Of a stretch of DNA of 64,000 nucleotides, positions 1 through 9,874 are shown piece after piece. The notes beneath the pieces were generated by a model. The model ran no database searches. It was not told the origin of the DNA and was given only the letters and a program-made list of their open reading frames with translations. The stretch is from Cyanobacteriota bacterium (GTDB taxonomy: Bacteria; Cyanobacteriota; Cyanobacteriia; PCC-6307; Cyanobiaceae). Numbering within the stretch: the stretch's first letter is position 1; each line of letters opens with the position of its first letter. Location: assembly GCA_046052125.1 (NCBI GenBank), contig JBJOMY010000002.1, forward strand, positions 416,001 through 480,000, given 5' to 3'. Made by a program: the position numbers and the translations under genes.

Positions 1-198
1 CTCGATGCGGCGTTCACCGCCGTAGGCCTTGGCCACCGCGGCGTCCAGCACCTTCTGGGTGGCCGGCCAGATATCCACGCCGGTGCCATCGCCGCGGATG
101 AAGGGAATGATCGGGTCGTTGGGCACCACCGGCTGGCCGTTCTCGAAGCGGATGGCCGTGCCCTGGGCTGGGGCGGTGAGCTTCTCGTAAGTGGCCAT
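1..198 (-). CDS. icd: NADP-dependent isocitrate dehydrogenase, N-terminal part (runs off window start)
   Basis: Manual translation from ATG at 198: [55 protein letters not shown], matching the typical IDH N-terminus (PIIPFIxGDGxGxDI). Confidence 0.93.
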   Translation of the reverse strand, partial: MATYEKLTAPAQGTAIRFENGQPVVPNDPIIPFIRGDGTGVDIWPATQKVLDAAVAKAYGGERRIE

Positions 199-282
199 GG
201 GTGCTTGCTGACCGAGGGCGGCGTGAATAGTGGATCGAGCCTAGGTTTTGGGGATTCGCGGTTCTGCTGCAGGGGCAACGGC

Positions 283-747
283 ATGAATGCGTCCGACCAG
301 GTCCGATCCGTGGAACTGGCGCAGCGCGTGGCTTCCGTTGCCGTGTTGTTCCGCCAGCACTTCCCGGATGCCCGCGCCAACCTCACCCCCTGGCGCGACG
401 ACCCGCAGACCCGCGCCCACGCCGAGCAGGAGAGCCTCGATCTTTCCTTTCATCTGCCGGGTTGGAGCCCCCGCAGCCAGTGCCGCTCCTTTCTGGTGCA
501 GCTGCGGCTCGAGCAGTCGCCCGCTGGCGGATCCACCCGGCCGCGGCTGCTGGGCGTGACAATCCGCGGCCTCACCTACGACTCGGAGCGATGGCGGCTG
601 GCCAGCGTGGGCGACTGGCAGCCCACCGGTAGCCATCTGCCTCAGCCTGCTGTGGTGGAGGCCCTGCAGGGGTTTGTGCGGGGTGTGTTCGCATTGTTTG
701 ATGCCGATCAGCAGCGCCGCGGCGGTCTGGATGCCCGCGTTGCCTGA
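283..747 (+). CDS. Conserved cyanobacterial hypothetical protein
   Basis: ORF 205..747 with a likely ATG at 283 (MNASDQVRSVELAQRVAS...PWRDDPQT...LSFHLPGWSP). Divergent from icd with normal codon pattern. Confidence 0.7.
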   Translation: MNASDQVRSVELAQRVASVAVLFRQHFPDARANLTPWRDDPQTRAHAEQESLDLSFHLPGWSPRSQCRSFLVQLRLEQSPAGGSTRPRLLGVTIRGLTYDSERWRLASVGDWQPTGSHLPQPAVVEALQGFVRGVFALFDADQQRRGGLDARVA

Positions 748-871
748 GCGGGCCGTGGGCGGCCGGCCGTAATCCTTCGCAACCTTGAAGACGCCGGGGC
801 GGACGCCCCACCTACGTTGGCCCTTCTGCCATGCGGCAGTTCACCATCCCTGCTCAGCACGACCAGCAGCC

Positions 872-1591
872 ATGTCTGTCGCCCTTGCTTCTCAACTGCG
901 CGAAGGCACCAAGAAGTCGCACACGATGGCCGAGAACACCGGATTCGTGAGCTGCTTCCTCAAGGGGGTGGTGGATAAGGCCAGTTACCGAACCCTGGTG
1001 GCCGATCTCTACTTCGTTTACAGCGCCATGGAGGACGAGATCGGCCGGTTGCGCAGCGAAGGCCATCCTGTGGTGGGCCCTGTGGGCTTCCCCGAGCTCA
1101 ACCGCCGCGAGACCCTCGAGCAGGATCTTGCTTTCTATTTCGGGGACGGGTGGCGCAGCGCTGTCAAAGCCACACCGGCTGCTCAGGAGTATGTGGCGCG
1201 CATTCATCACGTGGCCCAGGAGGCTCCCGAGCTGCTGGTGGGCCACCACTACACCCGCTACATCGGCGATCTCTCTGGCGGCCAGATCCTCAAGAACATC
1301 GCGCAGAAGGCGATGAGCCTGGGCGAGCACGACGGCCTGCGCTTCTACGAGTTCGACGCCATCCCCGACGAGAAAGGCTTCAAGGCCAACTACCGCTCCA
1401 CCCTCGACGGTTTGCCGATTGACCAGGCCATGGCCGATCGCATCGTGGAGGAGGCCAACCATGCCTTCCACCTCAACATGAAGATGTTCCAGGAGCTCGA
1501 GGGCAACCTGGTGGCCGCCATCGGCAAGGTGCTGTTCGGCTTCCTCACCCGGCGGCAGCGGGCCGGCAGCACTGAGGCAGTGGCCGCCTGA
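872..1591 (+). CDS. ho1: Heme oxygenase (biliverdin-producing)
   Basis: MSVALASQLREGTKKSHTMAENTGFVSCFLKG, HHYTRYIGDLSGGQIL and EANHAFHLNMKMF are heme oxygenase signatures. Confidence 0.96.
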   Translation: MSVALASQLREGTKKSHTMAENTGFVSCFLKGVVDKASYRTLVADLYFVYSAMEDEIGRLRSEGHPVVGPVGFPELNRRETLEQDLAFYFGDGWRSAVKATPAAQEYVARIHHVAQEAPELLVGHHYTRYIGDLSGGQILKNIAQKAMSLGEHDGLRFYEFDAIPDEKGFKANYRSTLDGLPIDQAMADRIVEEANHAFHLNMKMFQELEGNLVAAIGKVLFGFLTRRQRAGSTEAVAA

Positions 1592-1593
1592 TC

Positions 1594-2655
1594 TTGGGCG
1601 CCATCCGCTTTCTGGTTCCCGGCACCACCGGCAGGTTTCGCTGCGGCGGCCTGTTGGTTGAGCTGCAGACGGCCCGGCTGGTGTCTCAGGTTGCGCCTGT
1701 TGAGCTGGTCACCTACCGCCAGCGCGAGCCGGAGCATCCCTTTCTCGACGACCTGCTGCGCGCTGAGCCCCTGAGCGAGTCCCGGAAAGCCGATTCGCCG
1801 CTCTGGATTGTGAGCTGGGGTTTCGACGTGCCCATGCTGCTGCGCCGTTTGCGGGGCCGTGCCACCGCCTATCACGCCCACAGCAGTGGCTATGGCTTTG
1901 CACTGCCCCCGGGGGTGCCTGTGCTGGCGGTGAGCCGCAACACCCTGGGCTACTGGGGCGATCGCGCCCCGCGCAACCCGCTGTTCCTAGTGCCCAATGC
2001 CCTAGAGCCCCAATGGTTGGAGCGCGGGGCTCGCCCAGGCACTGCTGCCCAGGCGGCGCAACAGCCGGGCCCGCGGCCGATCGATGTGCTCATCCAGCAG
2101 CGCAAAACAAGCGCCTATGTGCTTGATCAGCTAGCGCCAGCTCTGCGTCAGCGCGGTCTTCGGGTGGAGGTGCAGAGCGGCTGGGTTGACGATCTGGTGG
2201 ATCTGTTCAACAGCGCCGCTGTTTATGTGTACGACTCTGCGGATTATTGGCGCGGCCGCGGTGTGAGCGAAGGCTTCGGTCTGCCGCCGGTGGAGGCACT
2301 GGCCTGCGGTTGCACTGTTTTCAGCAGCCTCAACCATGCCCTCGCCGACAGCCTCGATCCGGGGTTGCTGGCTCATCAGATTGGTTGCGGCACGCTGGAG
2401 ACTGATGTGGAGCGCATCGCAGCAGCCGTGGCCGACCCTGCCGCCTGGCAGGCACCACCCGTTGCGCTGGCTGCCCTGCTGAACCAGTTGCAGGAGCCGG
2501 TGCTGCTGGAGCGCTGGCAGCGGGCCCTAGCTCAGATCGATCACCACTGGCAGCGCTTGCTGGTGGAGCGAGCTCAGCCCCTTACGGCCCTGCCGCCCTG
2601 GCGCCTGCGCTGCCGCCAGCTGAAGGCAGCGTGCCGTCGCCGTTTGAGGCTCTGA
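1594..2655 (+). CDS. Glycosyltransferase, GT-B/GT4-like
   Basis: SEGFGLPPVEALACGC is the retaining GT-B E-x7-E motif. TTG start 2 nt after the ho1 stop. Confidence 0.85.
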   Translation: MGAIRFLVPGTTGRFRCGGLLVELQTARLVSQVAPVELVTYRQREPEHPFLDDLLRAEPLSESRKADSPLWIVSWGFDVPMLLRRLRGRATAYHAHSSGYGFALPPGVPVLAVSRNTLGYWGDRAPRNPLFLVPNALEPQWLERGARPGTAAQAAQQPGPRPIDVLIQQRKTSAYVLDQLAPALRQRGLRVEVQSGWVDDLVDLFNSAAVYVYDSADYWRGRGVSEGFGLPPVEALACGCTVFSSLNHALADSLDPGLLAHQIGCGTLETDVERIAAAVADPAAWQAPPVALAALLNQLQEPVLLERWQRALAQIDHHWQRLLVERAQPLTALPPWRLRCRQLKAACRRRLRL

Positions 2656-3856
2656 TCAGCGCACCGGACAACATCGCGCCGAACAGCACGGTGAGCAGGG
2701 GAACCTTCAACACCCCCAGTTCAAACAGGTTGAACAGCAGCCCGTAGAGCAGTGGCGCAGTGAGCGCCATGGCCTTCGGGGTGTATTGCTGGCTCACCAC
2801 GCGACGACCGAGCAGCAGAGCGCCGATCAGCAGCATCGCCAGCCCGAGGCTGCCGGCCTCGGCCCACACCTGCAGTGGCAGGTTGTGGGCATGGCTGAGG
2901 GGCTTGGGTCGGCCAGGCAGGCGAACCGGGCATAACTCCCGCGCCCGCCCGTATCCCACGCCGTAGATCAAGCGGTTGTTGCCGCTCAAGGGCAGGCTGG
3001 CGTAGCAGCGCCAGAGGTCCAGCCGTCCCTTATCGCTGGTGCGGTTTTCTGTTCCGTAGAGCGCCGCCAGGTTCTGCCGCAGGCTTGGCCCCTGGGGGCT
3101 GGCCAGCCAGACCAGCGGGGCGCCGATCAACAAGGTCACCACCACAGCCATCACCAGCCCCCGCCACCGGAGCCAGCCGCCAAGCTTGCGGCGATGCTGC
3201 GTGCCCTGTTGGACCGCCCAGGCGATCAGCAGGCTGATGGGGATCAGGCCCACTCCCGCTCGCGAGTGGGTGGCCAGGGTCATCAAAGCGCACCCGCCAC
3301 TACCGAGGGCCAGGACCAGCTGGATGCCGCGCTGTGCGTGAGCGCCCTGGGGTGTTCGCCACAGCTGCAGAGCGGCCAAGCCGCTCACACACCCCAGCCC
3401 AGCCAGCAGAGCGGTTTGGTTGATCAGCAGAAATCCCAGCCTGTAGCCGATCTCTGATCCGTTGAGGTGCGGCCACACCGTTGCCGCTTGCCACAGGCCG
3501 CAACTGGCAACTGATAGACAGATGCCGCTCAGCGTGGTGCGCCAGCGCGGTAGGTGTAGGCCATTGCCTGCAAGTACTGCGGCGATCAACAGCACGTAGT
3601 CCACGTGCGACACTGGCCTTGGGCCCTCCCCCAACACGATTCCCCGCACGTTCAGCAGCAGGATCGCCAGCACGGCCACAGGCCAGAGCCGGTTTGGTCC
3701 CGGCGTGCTCACTGCCTGCTGGCCGATGCTCAGCACCACCCAGCTGAGGCTGAGGGCGGCGCTCAGGCGATCTCCCCCCTGCAGTAGCCCTGTTGAGGCA
3801 ATGGCCAGGGCTAACACCAGAGGTGTGGCGATGCCGATGCGTCGTGTCAGCGTCAT
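2582..3856 (-). CDS. O-antigen ligase/Wzy_C-like polytopic membrane protein
   Basis: Many hydrophobic segments, plus THSRAG, GRLDLW, YGVGYG and HAHNLPLQVWAEAGSLG motifs. Start taken at ATG 3856 inside ORF 2582..4345. Confidence 0.85.
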   Translation of the reverse strand: MTLTRRIGIATPLVLALAIASTGLLQGGDRLSAALSLSWVVLSIGQQAVSTPGPNRLWPVAVLAILLLNVRGIVLGEGPRPVSHVDYVLLIAAVLAGNGLHLPRWRTTLSGICLSVASCGLWQAATVWPHLNGSEIGYRLGFLLINQTALLAGLGCVSGLAALQLWRTPQGAHAQRGIQLVLALGSGGCALMTLATHSRAGVGLIPISLLIAWAVQQGTQHRRKLGGWLRWRGLVMAVVVTLLIGAPLVWLASPQGPSLRQNLAALYGTENRTSDKGRLDLWRCYASLPLSGNNRLIYGVGYGRARELCPVRLPGRPKPLSHAHNLPLQVWAEAGSLGLAMLLIGALLLGRRVVSQQYTPKAMALTAPLLYGLLFNLFELGVLKVPLLTVLFGAMLSGALIRASNGDGTLPSAGGSAGARAAGP

Positions 3857-3961
3857 CGCCCCTGGTGAAGACCGTTTAAGGATCGCAGGCTGCTCGATGC
3901 CCCTTGTCCTGATCGAGAACTGATGGACCCGCGATAGGGTCCCACCAGCGCAGGCGGTGTT

Positions 3962-4756
3962 GTGAATCCACAGGTCGGACGGAAGGATCGCGTGGCCGCG
4001 GATGTGTTGGCTTGGATCACGGGCCGGCAACCGGTGCACGCAGCGGCTGTGCGCAATCTGTTGATCTATCCCCAGGCCGGTCTCGCTTACAACCGCATCA
4101 AAAAAAGCGGTAACTCCTCCATGCTTCTTTACCTGCGTGATGCCCTCGCGCCGGGCTCTCCGCAGGCTGCCCAGCCCTACAATCGTGCCAAGGGTGAGGC
4201 GATTGCGCTGGGGTGCACTATGCGCCAGCTGCTGCGCCGGCCGCGAGCTCTGCTGCGTCTGCCGCAGTGTTTTTTCTTCACGGTGATGCGTGATCCGCGG
4301 GCGCGCTTGCTCTCGGGTTTTCTGGAGAAGGTGGGTTCCGGTCATGCCCAGCGTTACAGCGCCGCCGGCGGCTTTGGAGATTCGTCACCGCAGGGGTTTG
4401 AACGTTTTCTCACCTATCTCGAACAGGGCGGTCTGCACGACGACGCCCATTGGTGGCCCCAGGTGGATCTGATGGCCTTCGCGCCTGAGCAATTCGATGC
4501 CATCTACCAGTTGGAAGCGATTGATCAGCATCTGCCGGCTCTGTTGCGTCAGCGCGGGTTGACCGTGGATGGGCTCGACTGCAGCCGCCCCCATCGGGTG
4601 GAGCAACAATTCATTGTTCCGGGCAAGCCGCCCAAACTCAAACAAGCTGCCAGCAAGCTGCAGCACTTTCTGGCCCCCGGCGTGGAGGAGCGCATCGTTC
4701 GTCTCTACGAGTCCGATTTCAAGGCTGGTGGCTATGCCATTGGTGTGATCGGCTGA
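3962..4756 (+). CDS. Carbohydrate sulfotransferase (Sulfotransfer_2-like)
   Basis: YNRIKKSGNSS (5'-PAPS-binding loop), MRDPRARLLSGF (3'-phosphate motif), HWWPQ and LYESDF. Confidence 0.85.
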   Translation: MNPQVGRKDRVAADVLAWITGRQPVHAAAVRNLLIYPQAGLAYNRIKKSGNSSMLLYLRDALAPGSPQAAQPYNRAKGEAIALGCTMRQLLRRPRALLRLPQCFFFTVMRDPRARLLSGFLEKVGSGHAQRYSAAGGFGDSSPQGFERFLTYLEQGGLHDDAHWWPQVDLMAFAPEQFDAIYQLEAIDQHLPALLRQRGLTVDGLDCSRPHRVEQQFIVPGKPPKLKQAASKLQHFLAPGVEERIVRLYESDFKAGGYAIGVIG

Positions 4757-4876
4757 AGGCTCGATCAAGCTCGTGCAGCAGTAAGGGTCAATCGGTTCTC
4801 AGGCTGGCCACGTTCGTAAACGGCGGTCGCGGTCGCGGAATACCTTGCAATCAAGTGCTGCATGTGACTGGCCTCT

Positions 4877-6790
4877 GTGGATGTGTCGGCGCTCGCTGTC
4901 CAGGAGGTCACCGGTCCCGACGCCGGCCTGCACGCTTCCCATCGACGCCCTCCCCAAAAGACGCCGCTGAAGCTCCTCAACAGCCAGACCCTGCATCAGC
5001 TACGGGATCTGCTGAGCTATTTGCCGGCCCAGCGCCTGCGCGGCCTGGCTGTGCTGCTCGCCGTGTCGCTGGTGTTGGGCCTGTTCGATCTGGTGTTCAT
5101 TGGCCTGCTGGCCCGGTTGGTTGGCGCCTTGAGCGGCTCACGCCTCGCCGATCGCATCCCGCAGATCCTGGTGTTCGGTGGTAACAAGGCTGATCAGGGC
5201 ATCTGGATCGCGGCTTTGGTGATAGCTCTGGTGTGGCTCTCGATGGCGCTGCGCTATGGAGCTTCCTTGATTCAGAGTTTCCTGAGTGCGCAGATCTGGG
5301 CTGATTACGGCAATCGTATTTATGCCAATGTGTTGCTGCAGCCCTATGAATACTTTCAGACGCAAAATACGGCTCACCTCTTGGCGCGACTGAATCGCAT
5401 CCTCGGGCGCATTTCCGACGACCTGATTCTGCCGCTGCTCACAGTTGTTTCCAATGCCCTGTCTGTAGCGGTGCTCACTCTGGGCATTGTGGTCAGCTTT
5501 GGCTGGCCGGCGCTGTTGATCTTTGCTTTCCTGTTTGGCGCCTACACTCTTTCCTCGCAGCTGATTGCGCCACCGCTTCGTTTCGCCGCAAAGCAAAAGC
5601 TCAACTTCTCGTTGCGGGTTAATTCCTTATTGATGGAGTCCACCCGCTCCATTCGCGATGTTCAGCTCTATGGGGCAGAGTCGTATTACCTGGAGCGCTT
5701 TGAAGCGATTGGTGTGCGTGGCAAAAAATACGATCGCCTCACCAAGCTGTTGCCGGAGATCCCGCGCTATGTGATCGAGCCGGCTGGCATCACCGTGTTG
5801 TTTGCGGTGGGGTTGCTGCCAGCGTTGCTGCAGGGTGATTCCGGCAAGGTGCTGCGCGATGCCCTGCCCGCCCTGGCGGCGATCATGTTTGCCGCGCTCA
5901 AGTTGTCCGCGCCGATTCAGGCCATTTTTCGCTCGGTTAACAAGTTGCGCGGCGGCCTTCCCGACATCAGCGATGCCTTGATGTTGTTGGAGCTCAAGCC
6001 CCGGCGCCGTTTGCGGGGTGATGCCGCCACCCCGACGCCCAGTGGCGTGTTGCCCCGCACCACCATTCGCCTCGATCAGGTTTGGTATCGCTATCCCCAG
6101 TCGGCTGATTGGGTGATGCGAGGCGTGAGCTTGAGCGTTCCTGTTGGTTCGCGCGTGGCCCTTGTGGGAGCCACTGGTGGTGGCAAAACAACGGCGGCCC
6201 ATCTCCTGCTCGGTTTGTTGCAGCCTCAGCAGGGCAGCCTGCTGTTGGATGGAATTCCGGTGACCTCCGACGAGTTGCCGGCCTGGCAGGCCTGCTGCGC
6301 CATCGTTCCTCAGAACATTGCCCTGCTCGATGCCAGCATCCGTAGCAATGTGGCCTTCGGCATCGATGACCATTGCATCGAAGACGACCGCGTTTGGGAG
6401 GCGTTGGAGATGGCTCAGCTTGATGATTTTGTGGCTGAACTCCCCTATGGCTTCTACACGGTTGTGGGAGAGGATGGCATGCGCCTGTCCGGTGGCCAGC
6501 GGCAGCGTTTGGCACTGGCGCGAGCTTTCTATAAGCGGGCCAAGGTGTTGATCCTCGATGAGGCAACCAGCGCGCTGGACAACAAAACCGAAAACGATGT
6601 GCTCGAAGCGCTGGAGCTGGTGGGGCGCCGATGCACCACCGTGGTGATTGCCCATCGACTATCCACGATTCGCTATTGCGACCGCATCTTTGAGTTTGAA
6701 AAGGGGCGTGTGAAAGCTTCCGGCACTTATCAGCTGTTGCAGGAGCGCTCTGACACCTTCCGTCAGTTGGTGGCCCTTCAGGATGGCTGA
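4877..6790 (+). CDS. ABC exporter, fused permease/ATPase (MsbA/PglK/HepA-like; possible glycan flippase)
   Basis: N-terminal TM domain, Walker A GATGGGKTT, signature LSGGQRQR, Walker B ILDEATSALD, IAHRLST. Exact start uncertain. Confidence 0.92.
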   Translation: MDVSALAVQEVTGPDAGLHASHRRPPQKTPLKLLNSQTLHQLRDLLSYLPAQRLRGLAVLLAVSLVLGLFDLVFIGLLARLVGALSGSRLADRIPQILVFGGNKADQGIWIAALVIALVWLSMALRYGASLIQSFLSAQIWADYGNRIYANVLLQPYEYFQTQNTAHLLARLNRILGRISDDLILPLLTVVSNALSVAVLTLGIVVSFGWPALLIFAFLFGAYTLSSQLIAPPLRFAAKQKLNFSLRVNSLLMESTRSIRDVQLYGAESYYLERFEAIGVRGKKYDRLTKLLPEIPRYVIEPAGITVLFAVGLLPALLQGDSGKVLRDALPALAAIMFAALKLSAPIQAIFRSVNKLRGGLPDISDALMLLELKPRRRLRGDAATPTPSGVLPRTTIRLDQVWYRYPQSADWVMRGVSLSVPVGSRVALVGATGGGKTTAAHLLLGLLQPQQGSLLLDGIPVTSDELPAWQACCAIVPQNIALLDASIRSNVAFGIDDHCIEDDRVWEALEMAQLDDFVAELPYGFYTVVGEDGMRLSGGQRQRLALARAFYKRAKVLILDEATSALDNKTENDVLEALELVGRRCTTVVIAHRLSTIRYCDRIFEFEKGRVKASGTYQLLQERSDTFRQLVALQDG

Positions 6791-7958
6791 CATCACGTTG
6801 CTCTCCACGGCGGATTGGGACCAGCCGCTGTGGACCAACAAGCAGCACGTGGCCTGTGAGCTGGCGGTTTTGGGGCAGCGGGTGCTTTACGTGGAATCCC
6901 TGGGGTTGCGAGGTCTGCGTGCGGCTCGCCCTGGTGCCAAGGCGGATGGGCGGCGCGTGTGGCGCCGGCTTCGCCGCGCCCTGGGCCCGCCGCGGCAGGT
7001 GCGGCCCAATCTCTGGGTGTGGTCGCCCTTGGTGGTGCCTGGAGCTGCCGGCGGCTTGGCCCTGCAGCTCAATCGGTGGCTGCTGCGCTGGGGCCTAACC
7101 CGCGCCCAACGCAGCATCGGTTGGCGCCGTGATTGTCTGTGGACCTACAGCCCGATGACCCTGGCGGTGCTGCCCAAGCTGGATTACGGCCAGGTGGCTT
7201 ATCACTGTGTGGATGCGATCCAGGCCCAGCCCGAGATGCCGGCCGCAGCCATCAGCCACTGGGAGCAGTTGCTCTGCCGCCGCGCTGATCAGGTGTTTGT
7301 GACCTCCCCTGCGTTGCTGCGCAGCCTCAGCCCGCTCAACAGCCACACCCGCTTCTATCCCAACGTGGCCGACGGTGCTCATTTCGCCAAGGCGATGGAT
7401 CCGGGCTTGCCCATCGCCGCTGATCTGGTTGAGATCCCGGAGCCCCGCCTCGGTTTCGTGGGTGCGGTGAGCGGTTACAAGCTGGATCTGCCTTTGCTGG
7501 TTGATCTGGCCCGGCGCCGGCCCGAGTGGTCGCTGGTGTTGGTGGGGCCCGTGGGAGAGGGCGATCCCAGCACGGATGTGTCGGTGTTCCAGGGTCTGGC
7601 CAACGTGCATTTGCTCGGCCAGCGCCCCTACACGAGCCTGCCGGCCTACCTCAAGGGATTCCAGGTGGGGCTGTTGCCCCTGGGCTTCAACGCTTACACC
7701 CAGGCGATGTTTCCGATGAAATTCTTCGAATATCTCGCCGCCGGTCTGCCGGTGGTGGCCTCCGCCATCGACGCCTTGCAGCCCTATGGCGATCTGGCCC
7801 AGTTGGTGCCGGCCACGCCCGAGGCGTTTGAGCAGGCCATCGCCACCGCCCTCGCCGGTGGCGGTCCCAACCGTGAGCAGCGCCTGGCCGGTGCCGCGGC
7901 CCACACCTACCGGCGCCGCACCGAAGCGATGCTCGCCGACCTGGCTGCGGCCCCATGA
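6783..7958 (+). CDS. Glycosyltransferase GT-B (TuaH-like)
   Basis: LSTADWDQPLWTNKQH N-terminus, YHCVD, and FPMKFFEYLAAGLPVVAS. Confidence 0.88.
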   Translation: MADITLLSTADWDQPLWTNKQHVACELAVLGQRVLYVESLGLRGLRAARPGAKADGRRVWRRLRRALGPPRQVRPNLWVWSPLVVPGAAGGLALQLNRWLLRWGLTRAQRSIGWRRDCLWTYSPMTLAVLPKLDYGQVAYHCVDAIQAQPEMPAAAISHWEQLLCRRADQVFVTSPALLRSLSPLNSHTRFYPNVADGAHFAKAMDPGLPIAADLVEIPEPRLGFVGAVSGYKLDLPLLVDLARRRPEWSLVLVGPVGEGDPSTDVSVFQGLANVHLLGQRPYTSLPAYLKGFQVGLLPLGFNAYTQAMFPMKFFEYLAAGLPVVASAIDALQPYGDLAQLVPATPEAFEQAIATALAGGGPNREQRLAGAAAHTYRRRTEAMLADLAAAP

Positions 7959-9874
7959 CCCGCAGCCTCAGCATCGTGACGGTATGCATGAACCGCCGCG
8001 AGCACCTGTTGTACAGCGCTCAGCGGGTGGCTGCCTGGCCGCATCACCAGGAGCATCTGATCGTGGATTGGAGCAGTGCAATCCCGATCGATCACCGTGA
8101 TCTGCCTGCGGACCCCCGCCTGCGTCTGCTGCGCGTTGAGGGTGAGCAGGGCTGGAATCTGGCTCGGGCCTACAACTTCGCCTGCGCTCAGGCCCGGGGC
8201 GATTGTTTGTTCAAGCTCGATGCCGATTGCTGGCCCGAGCCCCAGCTTCACCCGCTGCAGTGGCTCCATGCCGGTCCTGTGTGTCAGATGGGCAGCGGGC
8301 CGGATGGGCGGCTGGGCCAATGGGTGCTCGACCGTGATCTCTTCGAGCGGGTGGGTGGTTTCAACGAGTTGATGCAGGGCTATGGCTTCGACGACAAGGA
8401 CCTGAAGGCCCGCCTGATCGCCCACGGGCAGGTGATGCCGCAGCCCCTGCCGCTGGAGGCGCTCGGGGTGCTCCGTCATTCGGTGCTGCTGCGGGCTGAA
8501 CCGGGCCGGGCTGCTGCTGGTGTGCGGGCGCTGGAGCGTGCCCAGGCGCTCAAACGCACCAGCTCCCTGGCCAATCGACTGGTGGCGGCTGCCTGCCCCT
8601 GGTCGGCCAGCTGGCCGCGCTCCCGTTATCGCCAAGATCCCGCTAAGGGCTATTGGCAGTTGGAGCCTGGCAGCGCTCCCCAGCTGCCGGATGCCGTCCG
8701 CCGGGACTGGTTGCGCCTGCGCCGTGACACCTTTTGGAGCGAACTTCTTTGGATTCCCGCTCCGTTGCTGCGGCAGCTGCCTCGGCGGTTGCTGCCGGCA
8801 GCAACCGCCGAGGGCTTTGCGATCAGGCCCTGGCTCTGGTTGTTCTGGGGCTGGCAGCGCCTCAGCGTTGCACCGTTGCTCTGGCTGCAGGCCACCAGCC
8901 GCACAGCCGCCAGCCGCCTGCGGCACAGCTGGCAGGGTGGGCGCCGTGGGCTGCGGCAGGGGTTGGCTGCGGGCTGCCGTTGGCTGCTTGACACACCGCT
9001 CGCGTGGCTGTTGCCGGCCCGGCTGCAGGCGCTGGGTCGAGAAGCCCGTGTGGATGCAGCCCTACGCCAGGGGCAACCGGTGGAGCTGATCTGGGCGGAT
9101 CTGCAGCTGTTGCTGCGCCGGCACGGCAGCGAGGCGGTGTTGCATCGCTTGCTGTTTCGGCGCGGGTATCGGCCGCGGCAGCCCGCGGATCAGGTGGCGT
9201 TGTTTGAGGCCATGGCCGCTGATGTCGTCGTGCCTGAGGTGCTGCGCGCCTATGCCCGGATCAGCCTGTCCTACCGCAGCCTCAAGGACGACAACCTGCT
9301 GCTGGCGCAGGCCTTGATCCCGGCGCTCAACGCCCAGGTGCAGGAGTTGCTGAGCGATCCAGAGAGCCTGCGCTGCCAGCGCTCCAACCGCCGCAACCGC
9401 TTCAAGCTGCTCGTGTCCACCCTGACTGCCCTCACACATCTGCAGCTGCTGCTGGGGGAGCAGAGCGGTTTGCAGGCGAGCGCCGATCGGCTCTGCGCAC
9501 TGCTCGAGCCGCATCCTTGGTTGGTGCTGCCAGCTGATGTGGCCTTTCGGCTACTCACGAATTCGTCGCGCTGTTTGGGTCTAGCGGCGCTTCTGTCCTG
9601 GCGCTGCCAGAACCGTGAGCGCCTGCAGGCGATCCTCTTGCTGCTCGATGCTCTGCAACGGGAGGCCTGGGCGGATCGTCACCGCCACAGCACTGCCCAG
9701 GAAAATCACCGCGCCTACGTGGCCCAGATGCGCTGGCGTGTCGCGGCGCTGCTTGAGCCCGCTGGTGCGTTCAACAATCGATTGCCCCAGGATCCCGGCC
9801 TGGTTGTTGGGCTGTGGGCCCTGAATGTGACCACGCCGGCCCTGCAGCAGCGGCTCGAGGCCCTGGTGTCATGA
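7955..9874 (+). CDS. GT-A glycosyltransferase (GT2/GT7-like) fused to an unknown C-terminal helical domain
   Basis: SIVTVCMNRREHL, IVDWSS, KLDAD (DxD) and VGGFNELMQGYGFDDKDL. The last ~300 aa are unassigned. Confidence 0.8.
   Translation: MTRSLSIVTVCMNRREHLLYSAQRVAAWPHHQEHLIVDWSSAIPIDHRDLPADPRLRLLRVEGEQGWNLARAYNFACAQARGDCLFKLDADCWPEPQLHPLQWLHAGPVCQMGSGPDGRLGQWVLDRDLFERVGGFNELMQGYGFDDKDLKARLIAHGQVMPQPLPLEALGVLRHSVLLRAEPGRAAAGVRALERAQALKRTSSLANRLVAAACPWSASWPRSRYRQDPAKGYWQLEPGSAPQLPDAVRRDWLRLRRDTFWSELLWIPAPLLRQLPRRLLPAATAEGFAIRPWLWLFWGWQRLSVAPLLWLQATSRTAASRLRHSWQGGRRGLRQGLAAGCRWLLDTPLAWLLPARLQALGREARVDAALRQGQPVELIWADLQLLLRRHGSEAVLHRLLFRRGYRPRQPADQVALFEAMAADVVVPEVLRAYARISLSYRSLKDDNLLLAQALIPALNAQVQELLSDPESLRCQRSNRRNRFKLLVSTLTALTHLQLLLGEQSGLQASADRLCALLEPHPWLVLPADVAFRLLTNSSRCLGLAALLSWRCQNRERLQAILLLLDALQREAWADRHRHSTAQENHRAYVAQMRWRVAALLEPAGAFNNRLPQDPGLVVGLWALNVTTPALQQRLEALVS

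Noticed and set aside
199..282. Possible NtcA site upstream of icd
   Set aside because: No GTA-N8-TAC match was found in the intergenic region.
2582..2655. 74-nt convergent 3' overlap of the GT and ligase genes (also 16360-16387)
   Set aside because: Short convergent overlaps are common in compact high-GC genomes, and there is no evidence of function.
4765..4863. Small minus-strand ORF MQHLIARYSATATAVYERGQPENRLTLTAARA
   Set aside because: It has no recognisable motif and occupies the likely promoter region of the ABC operon.
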